From positions 171,214-221,828 of IMG/VR virus record IMGVR_UViG_2595698869_000001: DNA of 50,615 nt. The stretch is one strand, 5' to 3'. Source of the DNA: a virus (Duplodnaviria; Heunggongvirae; Uroviricota; Caudoviricetes). The notes under the pieces were generated by a model. The model worked only from the letters and a program-made list of their open reading frames with translations. It made no database searches and was not told the origin of the DNA. The translations under genes and the position numbers were made by a program. Positions 35,072-42,916 of the stretch are shown piece after piece (the stretch's first letter is position 1; every line of letters starts with the position of its first letter).

Positions 35072-35100
35072 TTGACAGTCGTTGATCACGACGCTAGACG
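35072..35100 (+). promoter_or_regulatory. sigma70-type promoter for the packaging operon
   Basis: TTGACA-N17-TAGACG (GCTAGAC). Confidence 0.65.
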
Positions 35101-35182
35101 TCGTGAATCTTGACATACGCCCGTCTGCATGAGAGACGTGGTTAACGAGATGGGCTGCTCCAAGGCCCCTCGGGAGCCACCC

Positions 35183-35893
35183 ATGCCGACCCCCACCACC
35201 CTCCGCTCGACCTCGCCGTCCGATCCGCGCCCCACCGCCATCGACCCTGACGTCCTGGCCCTGGCGATCGGCAAGGTCCTGCCCGACATCCTGGGCTGGG
35301 CGCGTCTGCGCCAGCCGGGCTTTGGCGAGGCCGATGTCCACCACGCGGTGGTCACGGCGCTGCACATCGCGGGCCTCGACGCCTTCCGCCTCGGCGTGGT
35401 CCTGGCCTCGCAGTTCAACTGGTCGGTCGACTACAGCCTCGTGCGCCTGCTCGACAGCGTCATCGAGGCCCTGCCGACCGCCTACCGGGCGGTGACCGGC
35501 CGCTGGGTCGCCCGCACCGGCACCCGCTTTCCGGCCAAGGAAGGCGACACCATCGAATTCCTCGACGCGGCCGGTCGCCGCCGCGTCGGCAAGGTGGTCG
35601 GGGTCGCGGCCCTGACCGCCACGGCCTATGTCCAGCCCGCCGTCGGCACCGAGTTCACCGATCCGCCGGTCGAGATCGCCGCCGAGGCGGTGGTCGCCAA
35701 CGTCACCCAGAAGCGCTACCAGCCCGAGCACCCGATCCTGGGCGCACGCTACGATGACGCCCCAACGCTGGGGGCTCTGGCCGAGGCCGAACGCGCCCGC
35801 CGCACTGACGCGGCGGCTTCGCCGAGGACGCCGGCGCCCCACCCGCACCTGACCGACTTCCGCCCGGACCCTGACGGGCCGGCCATCGCCTGA
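35183..35893 (+). CDS. hypothetical protein (236 aa)
   Basis: GGGAG SD favours ATG 35183. Confidence 0.75.
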   Translation: MPTPTTLRSTSPSDPRPTAIDPDVLALAIGKVLPDILGWARLRQPGFGEADVHHAVVTALHIAGLDAFRLGVVLASQFNWSVDYSLVRLLDSVIEALPTAYRAVTGRWVARTGTRFPAKEGDTIEFLDAAGRRRVGKVVGVAALTATAYVQPAVGTEFTDPPVEIAAEAVVANVTQKRYQPEHPILGARYDDAPTLGALAEAERARRTDAAASPRTPAPHPHLTDFRPDPDGPAIA

Positions 35894-35903
35894 GACCCTC
35901 CCC

Positions 35904-36077
35904 ATGAGCCTTTCCTTCAACGACGATCCCGAGCAATGCGTGCGTGACGCGCTGGACCTCGACCTGGACGAGGTGGCGGTGGTCTGCCGCGACGCCTCGG
36001 GCGAGGTCTATGTCCTGGCCTCCACCAAGGGCCGGCGCCTGGAGCGCCTGCTCGCCGACGGGGTCGACCTGACGTGA
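35904..36077 (+). CDS. small hypothetical protein (57 aa), absent from ORF track
   Basis: MSLSFNDDPEQCVRDALD...; GTGA coupling to the resolvase gene. Confidence 0.6.
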   Translation: MSLSFNDDPEQCVRDALDLDLDEVAVVCRDASGEVYVLASTKGRRLERLLADGVDLT

Positions 36078-36589
36078 AGATCATCGGCGTCGATCCGGGC
36101 ATCGCCGGCGGCGTCGTGCTGCTGGACACCAAGGCCTGCACCCTGGCGGTTCACGACATGCCGACCGAGCCCTCGACCAAGGGCCGGCGGCTGGCGTCCT
36201 CGGCCCTGTTGACCGTCTTCCTGCACGACGTCGCCCCCGATCACATCTTCCTCGAAGAGGTCGGGGTCCGGCCCGGCGAGGGCGCGGTCGGGGCCTTTTC
36301 GTTCGGGCGCGGCATGGGACGCCTGGAGGGCGTGGCGGCCGGCACCCGCACCCCGCTGACCATGGTCACGCCCCAGGAATGGAAGCGCGTCACCAAGACC
36401 CCGGCCGACAAGAAGCGCGCCATCGCCCGCGCCTACCAACTCTTCCCCCGCTGCGTGAAGCTCTTCCAGGGGCCGCGCGGCGGTGAAAAGGACGGGCGCG
36501 CCGAAGCCGCCCTGATCGCCTTCTACGGGGCGATGAAGCTCGGCGCCGTCCCCTCCTCTCCCATCGACCCGGCGGAGTTTCCGGCTTGA
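36074..36589 (+). CDS. ruvC: RuvC-like Holliday junction resolvase
   Basis: IIGVDPG, FLEEV, AFSFG, VTPQEWK, DGRAEAALIA motifs. Confidence 0.85.
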   Translation: MKIIGVDPGIAGGVVLLDTKACTLAVHDMPTEPSTKGRRLASSALLTVFLHDVAPDHIFLEEVGVRPGEGAVGAFSFGRGMGRLEGVAAGTRTPLTMVTPQEWKRVTKTPADKKRAIARAYQLFPRCVKLFQGPRGGEKDGRAEAALIAFYGAMKLGAVPSSPIDPAEFPA

Positions 36590-37230
36590 CCCAGCCCCAG
36601 TACCTGACGCGCCAAGCGCTTTTCCGCCGCCGCCAGCGCGGCGACATCTGGCCCGTCCACGACGATGTCTACTACAGCGCCGGCGCCTCCACCGTCGTCG
36701 ACGATCCGCGCGAGCCCAACATCGTCCCGACCGGGGTGCTCGACGCGGCCGGCGAGATGCTGCTGAAGGTCCACATGCCGATCAAGGTCCCGATGGGCTT
36801 CGCCCTGCCGGTGGTCGAGGATCGCGACGACGCCGACGAGGTGGTCTCCTACGTTCCCGAGAGCCAGTTGATCGTCTCCGACATCGGCCTGGGGCGCGGC
36901 TATGTCACCCCCGAGGAAGCCGACGCCGGCGAGATCGACGGCCATGAGGCCCACGAGGAACACCCCGGTCAGGCCTCGATCCGCATCCCCGCCACCAAGG
37001 AAGTGATCGCCGCCCACGGGGCGATGGGCGAGGCGGCCGAACGGGTCGCCGATCAGGTCACCGCCCTGCACCTCGATCTCACCCCCGAGGGGATCATCGT
37101 GCTGCGCGGCCTGATCGCCGCCCAGGGCGAGGCGCTGATCGCCTTCCTCCAGGCGGCTCACACCGCGCGGGCCGAGGGCGGCGAGGCAGACGAAGCCGAG
37201 GACGAGGACGATGGCCCCGAAGAAGCCTGA
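36586..37230 (+). CDS. hypothetical acidic protein (214 aa)
   Basis: TTGA coupling; GGAG SD. Confidence 0.7.
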   Translation: MTQPQYLTRQALFRRRQRGDIWPVHDDVYYSAGASTVVDDPREPNIVPTGVLDAAGEMLLKVHMPIKVPMGFALPVVEDRDDADEVVSYVPESQLIVSDIGLGRGYVTPEEADAGEIDGHEAHEEHPGQASIRIPATKEVIAAHGAMGEAAERVADQVTALHLDLTPEGIIVLRGLIAAQGEALIAFLQAAHTARAEGGEADEAEDEDDGPEEA

Positions 37231-37516
37231 CCTCTCGACCCGGTCGGGCGCGGCCCGCCATAGCGCCGAGCGCGACAAGGCCCTCGACGCGGCGGTCTCC
37301 GCCTTCCACGAGGCGGTTCGGATGTACACGGGTCTGACCGCCCAGGCCAACCTCAACAAGGTCCGCCCGGCCATCGTCGAGGAGTACCGCTTCGGGGCGA
37401 TCGCCGCCTTCGAAGCCCTGCTCGACAACATGAAGACCGCCTCCGACGCCCTGGTGATCCTCAACGCCGTGCGCGGGGCCTCCCCGCCCGACAAGCCCAA
37501 ACGCACCGAGCTTTAG
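37211..37516 (+). CDS. hypothetical protein (101 aa)
   Basis: GAGGA SD; fills the gap before terS. Confidence 0.75.
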   Translation: MAPKKPDLSTRSGAARHSAERDKALDAAVSAFHEAVRMYTGLTAQANLNKVRPAIVEEYRFGAIAAFEALLDNMKTASDALVILNAVRGASPPDKPKRTEL

Positions 37517-37519
37517 ATC

Positions 37520-38395
37520 ATGCCGCGCCTTTCCAACGATCGCCACGAGATGTACGCCCTGATGCGGGCCAAGGGCATGAAGCCGCAAGCCGCCGCCCAG
37601 GCCGCCGGCTTCGTGGCCGGCTCGTCGATCTACGCCGAACTGGAGAAGGACCCCGAGGTCCAGGCGCGCGCCCAGGAACTGCTCGACGAGAACAACCTCA
37701 AGCGCGAGCAGATGCGCACCGCCGCCACCGAGGCGGCCAAGGTCGTCGGTCAGGTCTCGGGCCTGTCCAAGGCCTGGGTGCTTCAGAAGCTGGCCGAGAA
37801 CGCCCAGATGGCGGCCCAGGACGGCGACTACAAGGAGAGCAACGCCGCCCTCAAGCTGATCGGCGACGAGTTCGGCATGTTCAGCGGCGCTTCCTCGGAA
37901 GGGACCGAGGGCCAGAACGGCGAGCGCGTCTACGACCTCGACGGGCTGAGCGCCCTCCTCGTCAAGGGAACCTCGGCGATCCCCGTGCCGCCGCCCAAGG
38001 TCGACCCCTCCGCCGCCTTCGACCTGATCGCCGGCAACGGGGCCGCCGCCCGCCGCGCCCGCGAGAGCCGGGCCTTCTCCGACGGCGAGGAAAGCGACGC
38101 GGTGTTCTCCGAGGACGCCGATATCGACGCGGTCATGGACGGGGCCTGGAGCGGCCCCAGCCCCGACGACTACCTGGAGGCCGAAAATTCGCGCCAGGAG
38201 GCCCCTGAAGCCGCTGACCGACCCGAGCCCCCGGCCGACCCCGTTCCGGCCGCTGGCGACCCCGCGCAAGAGCCGGAGACCTGGGAGCAGATCGATCCCA
38301 AGACCTCCCCCGAAGCGATCATGGCGCGCATCCAAGCCGCCGGCCAATCCCCGACTTCCAGCGATGACCGGCCCAAGCGCCGCTCCTCGCGCTGA
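37520..38395 (+). CDS. terS: terminase small subunit
   Basis: N-terminal HTH (QAAAQAAGF...PEV), ALKLIGDEFGMF motif of TerS, directly upstream of terL. Confidence 0.75.
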   Translation: MPRLSNDRHEMYALMRAKGMKPQAAAQAAGFVAGSSIYAELEKDPEVQARAQELLDENNLKREQMRTAATEAAKVVGQVSGLSKAWVLQKLAENAQMAAQDGDYKESNAALKLIGDEFGMFSGASSEGTEGQNGERVYDLDGLSALLVKGTSAIPVPPPKVDPSAAFDLIAGNGAAARRARESRAFSDGEESDAVFSEDADIDAVMDGAWSGPSPDDYLEAENSRQEAPEAADRPEPPADPVPAAGDPAQEPETWEQIDPKTSPEAIMARIQAAGQSPTSSDDRPKRRSSR

Positions 38396-38407
38396 CCCTA
38401 GAACGCC

Positions 38408-41140
38408 GTGAGCTACTATCCGATCGAGGACCGCGCCAAGGCCCGGTCCGTCGTCAAGAACCTGCTGGACCTTCAGCGCGAGGCGGTCAAGGCCTCTCGC
38501 GGCGGCCTGATCCTGCCGCCCGACCAGAAGGCGATCATCACCCAGGTCACCGAGACCGAGGACCCGGCCCGCTGGGTCGACCTCCTGGGTCAGTTCGCCG
38601 ATCGCGTCCAGACCGATCACCTCGCCCGGCTCAAGCCCCTGGCCAAGCACGACTTCAACGCCTTCTGCGAATACGTCAACCCCGAGGAGGCCCCGGCCTC
38701 CAAGTGGCACGTCTACCTGACCTCGCTCCTCCAGGAGATCGAGAACAACCACGAGCTTGAGCGCTTCGTGCTCAACTGCCCGCCCGGTCACGCCAAGCCG
38801 CTCGACGTCGACACCGAGGTCCTGATGGCCGACGGGTCCTGGAAGCGCCTGGGCGACATCACCGTGGGCGAGTACGTGGTCGGCGAGAGCGGCGCGCGCT
38901 GCAAGGTCACCGCCGTCCACGAGCAGGGCGAGCTTGCCACCCTGAAGATCACCACCGCCCACGGCCGCCAGATCATCGCCGCCCCCGATCACGCCTTCCG
39001 GGTCGGAAACACCTGGAAGGAGGCGGGCAAGCTGCGGCCGGGCGACGCTCTGTCCGTGGTCGGCGCCGCCAACCTCAACTACGACGCCAGCGGCAAGACC
39101 ATCGACCACTTCGAGCTTGCCGCCTACCTCCAGGCCAAGGGCGGACGCTCCTACTTCCACCGCGTCCACAAGAGCGGGCCGAAGACCTACCGCAACGTCT
39201 TCCTGTGGACTTCCGACCACCGCGAGGCCAGCAAGATCAGCGCCTGCCTCAAGCGCCTGGGGATCGCCTTCAAGGGGCGTCTGGCCAAGCACGAGCAGGT
39301 CTGGAAGATGCGTCTGGCCACCGAATGGGGCGACGCCCTGGCCGAGGAGTATGGCCTGGACGCGCGGATCGACGCGCGGCGGGTTCCGGCCTTTGTCACG
39401 AAAGGCGACGAGGAGCAGATCGCCCGCTACCTGTCGACCTACGCCTCCCTGGCCGGCGAGGCGCCCGACCGCTACACCATCCCGCGCATCATCCTCTACT
39501 TCAAGAACCCGGCCTTCGCCCGCGACATCCAGCGGCTGTTCGCCGTGGTCGGCGTCAACGCCCGCATCGAGGGGCGCAAGACCGGCCGCACCCGGCTGAT
39601 CCTGTCGGGGCCGGACCTGGAGGCCTACTTCGCCGCCGGCCTGACCTACACCGGCCCCAACGCCGACAAGCTCGACGACAAGCGCGTGGCCTTCCCGACC
39701 TCGCCCTCGCTGCTGGCCGACACCGTCACCTGGATCGAGCCGCACGGCGTGCGCCCCTGCCGCTGCCTGACCGTCGAGGACGAGCACACCTTCATCGCCG
39801 AAGGCGTGGTGGTCCACAACTCGACCTACGCCTCGCGCCTGTTCGTGGCGTGGCGCCTGGGGCGCGATCCGCGCCAGAAGATCATCGGCGGCGGTCACTC
39901 CCAGCGCTTCGTCGAGAACGAGTTCTCCGGCAAGATTCGCAACCTCGTGCGCACCCCGCAATATCGCGACGTGTTCCCCGACGTGGTCATCGACCACGCC
40001 ACCTCGGCCAAGGACATGTGGGCGATCGCCGGGCACGGCGGGCAGTACGCCGCCAAGGGCGCGGGGCAGGCCATCCACGGTCTGCGCGCCCACTTCGTCT
40101 GCGTCGACGACCCCTACCGGTCGATCGAAGTGGCCGAGTCCGCGATCGAGCGCGAGAAGATCAAGACGTGGTTCTTCGGCGACGTTGGCTCGCGTCTGTT
40201 GCCGCTCGCCAAAGTATTCCTCATCATGACGCGCTTCCATGAGGAAGATTTGACCGGGGAGATCATCAAACTCAACCAAGAAGTTCTCACCGGCGCCGAC
40301 CGTTATCACATCGTTGAAGCGCCCGCCCTGTGCTACGACCCCGAGAACGACGTCCTGGGCCGGGCTCTGGGCGAAGTTTTGTGGGACTACTATGACTTGC
40401 ATTATTTCAAGCGCAAGCGGTCCGAGTGGAAGTACCAAAGATTTGCTTTGGTTTATCAACAACTTGCCGACGCGGCCTCGGACACCTCCATCGCGTCCAA
40501 GTTTCAGACCTACGATCACCTGCCCCACCTGGAGCCGAAGGTGCTCAAGGCCCGGCTTGACGCGGGTCACGCCGACGAGCGCGGGCGGCCGATTCCGGAC
40601 CGCAAGGAGCACTTCCGGCGGGTGGTGGTCAGCGTCGACTCGGCCAACAAGCCCGGCGCCCGCAACGACTACAGCGTCGCCCAGGTCTGGGGGGAGACCC
40701 ACGCCCGCAAGCACTACCTGATCTACCAGGAGCGCAAGAAGGTCGACATCACCGGCCTGACCGAGATGATCGAGCGGGTGGCCAAGCGCTACGAGGTCGA
40801 CGCCATCCTGGTCGAAGACAAGGGCAACGGCACCGCCTACATCCAGGCGCGGGGCCAGACCGACAGCCAGCGGCGGCTCGCCCCGGCCCCGATCGAGGCG
40901 ATCCAGGTCCCGAGCACCTATTCCAAGGAGTTCCGCTTCAACGAGATCGTCCCGATGATCGAGGCCGGCGAGGTCTTCCTGCCGGGCAAGGCCCCGTGGC
41001 TCGACCTGCTGATCCGCGAAATCGGTCAGTTCCCCGAAGGCGCCCATGACGACCAAGTCGACGCCATGACGCAGTACCTCCGCTGGGCCAAGTCCAAGCG
41101 CACGCGGTTCGGCGCGCGCAAGGTCGGCTCGATGGGCTGA
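38408..41140 (+). CDS. terL: terminase large subunit precursor containing an intein (910 aa; ~569 aa after splicing)
   Basis: Split Walker A PPGHAK|ST, Walker B VCVDDP, nuclease motifs VSVDSA, LVEDKGNG, HDDQVDAMTQ. Confidence 0.93.
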   Translation: MSYYPIEDRAKARSVVKNLLDLQREAVKASRGGLILPPDQKAIITQVTETEDPARWVDLLGQFADRVQTDHLARLKPLAKHDFNAFCEYVNPEEAPASKWHVYLTSLLQEIENNHELERFVLNCPPGHAKPLDVDTEVLMADGSWKRLGDITVGEYVVGESGARCKVTAVHEQGELATLKITTAHGRQIIAAPDHAFRVGNTWKEAGKLRPGDALSVVGAANLNYDASGKTIDHFELAAYLQAKGGRSYFHRVHKSGPKTYRNVFLWTSDHREASKISACLKRLGIAFKGRLAKHEQVWKMRLATEWGDALAEEYGLDARIDARRVPAFVTKGDEEQIARYLSTYASLAGEAPDRYTIPRIILYFKNPAFARDIQRLFAVVGVNARIEGRKTGRTRLILSGPDLEAYFAAGLTYTGPNADKLDDKRVAFPTSPSLLADTVTWIEPHGVRPCRCLTVEDEHTFIAEGVVVHNSTYASRLFVAWRLGRDPRQKIIGGGHSQRFVENEFSGKIRNLVRTPQYRDVFPDVVIDHATSAKDMWAIAGHGGQYAAKGAGQAIHGLRAHFVCVDDPYRSIEVAESAIEREKIKTWFFGDVGSRLLPLAKVFLIMTRFHEEDLTGEIIKLNQEVLTGADRYHIVEAPALCYDPENDVLGRALGEVLWDYYDLHYFKRKRSEWKYQRFALVYQQLADAASDTSIASKFQTYDHLPHLEPKVLKARLDAGHADERGRPIPDRKEHFRRVVVSVDSANKPGARNDYSVAQVWGETHARKHYLIYQERKKVDITGLTEMIERVAKRYEVDAILVEDKGNGTAYIQARGQTDSQRRLAPAPIEAIQVPSTYSKEFRFNEIVPMIEAGEVFLPGKAPWLDLLIREIGQFPEGAHDDQVDAMTQYLRWAKSKRTRFGARKVGSMG
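38798..39820 (+). mobile_element. intein (341 aa) with degenerate LAGLIDADG domain, inserted in the TerL Walker A motif
   Basis: Block A PLDVDTEVLMADGSW, block B APDH, block F CRCLTV, block G VVHN followed by S+1. Confidence 0.9.
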
Positions 41141-41213
41141 CGAGGCCCGTTAACCACGTTTGTTAACCTCCGCCGGGGCCTTAACCCTAACACGGCGAGG
41201 GTTAACAGGTCCA

Positions 41214-41349
41214 GGGACCCTTCGAAATTAACCTTTCGGGGACCCTGGGAAATCGTAAGGCAGGGACCCTGGCCATTTTCCGGCTGGGGACCCTGGCAAA
41301 TTCACCGCCGGGGACCCTCCGAAATTCATCCTCGGGGACCCTGGCAAAT
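41214..41349 (+). repeat. six-unit GGGACCCT-N3-AAAT array with 24-bp period
   Basis: GGGACCCT at 41214, 41239, 41263, 41287, 41311, 41335. Confidence 0.9.
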
Positions 41350-41362
41350 CAAGGAGCCGGCG

Positions 41363-41554
41363 ATGGCCGAATTTCTCGCCCTGATCCCCAACCTCGCGCC
41401 GTTCCTGGTCTGGGGAATCCTCCTCTGGATCGCCGCCGAGGTGGTCTGGAGCGTCTGCCTCTGGGTCTATGGCCTGCGGACCCTGTTCAAGTTGCACCGC
41501 GATGATCTGGCCGAGGCGATCAGCTTCGAGCGGGCCTTGAGCCCCTTCGACTAG
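41363..41554 (+). CDS. small membrane protein (63 aa)
   Basis: AAGGAG SD; long hydrophobic segment. Confidence 0.7.
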   Translation: MAEFLALIPNLAPFLVWGILLWIAAEVVWSVCLWVYGLRTLFKLHRDDLAEAISFERALSPFD

Positions 41555-41637
41555 GCGCGGCCTGCCGACCTAAGTCACGGACTGTAGGTTTCGTGACAAG
41601 GTGAGATATTCCACAACGATTTCAAAGGCTTACTGCG

Positions 41638-41886
41638 ATGTCGATCCGCACGTTCTTCCACGATCTGGCCGTCCGTTTCGTCGTTTTGGGGTGGATTTTT
41701 GCCCGAAAACCGCTGAAATGGGCTCCAAAAGGGCATAATTTTCAGCCTAAACCGCCGGTCCAGGTCGGCGCCCTGGCGGCCGGCTCGCTCCTCGCCCTCA
41801 GTCTGGCGCTCGGCGGGCTCTGGTTCCGCTTCACGTTTCCGGACAAAAGTCAAGTGGTCTCGCGCCGGCCGCAGGCTATGTCATAG
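41638..41886 (+). CDS. small membrane protein (82 aa)
   Basis: Two hydrophobic segments; weak SD. Confidence 0.55.
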   Translation: MSIRTFFHDLAVRFVVLGWIFARKPLKWAPKGHNFQPKPPVQVGALAAGSLLALSLALGGLWFRFTFPDKSQVVSRRPQAMS

Positions 41887-41947
41887 ACCGTGGGCTTCGT
41901 GACCAGATCACGCTTCCGTTACCGCTCCAGCCCTTGTGAGGCCTCGG

Positions 41948-42052
41948 ATGTTCGCCTTTCTCCGCCGGCTCAGCCTCGCCGCCGTCCATGGCGTGCTCTG
42001 GGCGATCCTCCTGGCGATGCTCGCCCTGGGCGGGCCGCGCCGCCCGCTCTAA
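41948..42052 (+). CDS. very small membrane peptide (34 aa), absent from ORF track
   Basis: MFAFLRRLSLAAVHGVLWAILLAMLALGGPRRPL; GAGG SD. Confidence 0.5.
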   Translation: MFAFLRRLSLAAVHGVLWAILLAMLALGGPRRPL

Positions 42053-42104
42053 AGCGTCATATCTGACGCCTAAGGCCCCCTAAGGCCTCATCTGTGAGAC
42101 ATTC

Positions 42105-42140
42105 AACGCCCTCGTGTTCCTCTGAACGCGGGGGCGTTTT
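42105..42140 (+). terminator. intrinsic terminator
   Basis: 15-bp stem (2 G-U pairs), CTCT loop, T-run. Confidence 0.7.
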
Positions 42141-42247
42141 GACGTCGGCGCATTTTTGACTTGACGCGCGAGCGTTTTGACGCGGGCGCATTTTTGATTC
42201 GACGGGCGAGCGTTTTGACGTCCGAGCATTTTTCAACTTGACGTCGT
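42134..42247 (+). repeat. three tandem 38-bp repeats
   Basis: GCGTTTTGACG..GCATTTTT units start at 42134, 42172, 42210. Confidence 0.85.
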
Positions 42248-42266
42248 TCCATTTACCGGGAGCGCC

Positions 42267-42440
42267 TTAGGGTTAACGCCGGCCGCCGAGCCCTGGGGCG
42301 ATTTACCACCGCCACGTTAACCTAACGCCTGTTAACCTATCGGTTGTTAAGGTTAACGCCCCGTTAGGGTTAACGCCCCTTAACCCTGCCCGCGTTAAGG
42401 TTAACGCGCCCCGGCCCAGGCCCTACCCGTTAACCTTAAC
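42267..42440. repeat. dense TTAA/GTTAAC cluster (CtrA half-site-like)
   Basis: 11 TTAA in ~170 bp; exact 14-mers TTAGGGTTAACGCC x2 and GTTAAGGTTAACGC x2. Confidence 0.8.
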
Positions 42441-42462
42441 CGCCCGACCCCCGCGCCCAGGC

Positions 42463-42498
42463 CATACCCGGTAGGGCCTGACGGCCCTACCGGGTATG
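42463..42498. repeat. perfect 16-bp inverted repeat
   Basis: CATACCCGGTAGGGCC-TGAC-GGCCCTACCGGGTATG. Confidence 0.9.
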
Positions 42499-42551
42499 AC
42501 CCCGCGCCCCGGCGGAGGCCAGGGACCGCCCCGGCGCTTTTTCGCGCCCCG

Positions 42552-42583
42552 TTTACCTTTTGTTAACGTCTGGCCTCTAGGGT
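42552..42583 (+). promoter_or_regulatory. CtrA-box promoter 1
   Basis: TTTA-N7-TTAA-N11-TAGGGT. Confidence 0.7.
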
Positions 42584-42631
42584 CGCCCTTGTCCCCGCCG
42601 CACTCCCGCGCCGGGCAAGGAGCTTCCCGCC

Positions 42632-42817
42632 ATGGTCCCCGACTCGATCATGAACCCCCGCGACCACTTCCACCGCCTGCGCGAGGAAACCGCCCGCGCT
42701 CTGGTCGAGGCCTTCGCCGAATCCGACCCCGGCGAGGATTACCGCGCCGAGGAAAAGGCCGGCGCGTGGGTTGTCGCCTATTACGACGCGGCGGGCGAAT
42801 TCGTCGCCTATCTCTAG
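42632..42817 (+). CDS. hypothetical protein (61 aa)
   Basis: AAGGAG SD. Confidence 0.7.
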   Translation: MVPDSIMNPRDHFHRLREETARALVEAFAESDPGEDYRAEEKAGAWVVAYYDAAGEFVAYL

Positions 42818-42841
42818 CCGCCTTCGCCCCCTGGCGCCGCG

Positions 42842-42873
42842 TTAACGGTTTGTTAACATGTCGGCGCCAGGGT
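42842..42873 (+). promoter_or_regulatory. CtrA-box promoter 2
   Basis: Perfect TTAA-N7-TTAA, then N11-CAGGGT. Confidence 0.7.
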
Positions 42874-42916
42874 CGCCCTAGCCCGGCGCGTCGCCGCGCC
42901 TTCGGAGAAAACCGCC

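Noticed and set aside
34809-35075. 88-aa ORF between the AT island and the packaging operon
   Set aside because: TTG start without SD, low-complexity product, and it runs into the -35 box at 35072.
36020-36195. STKGRRL peptide shared by the 57-aa ORF and the RuvC-like gene
   Set aside because: Only about 13 identical GC-rich bases with no flanking similarity, so chance or a trivial micro-duplication.
37094-41056. 1320-aa minus-strand ORF (likewise 15164-17623, 18670-19953, 33201-34382 and other long minus ORFs)
   Set aside because: These are antisense shadows of well-supported + strand genes in high-GC DNA, with no SD, promoter or recognisable motif.
41214-41349. CRISPR-like appearance of the GGGACCCT array
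   Set aside because: The conserved part is only ~8-16 bp with ~8-nt linkers, far below CRISPR repeat/spacer sizes, and there are no cas genes.
42267-42377. TTAGGG telomere-like hexamers
   Set aside because: There are only two non-tandem copies, both part of the GTTAAC/TAGGGT promoter-like vocabulary.
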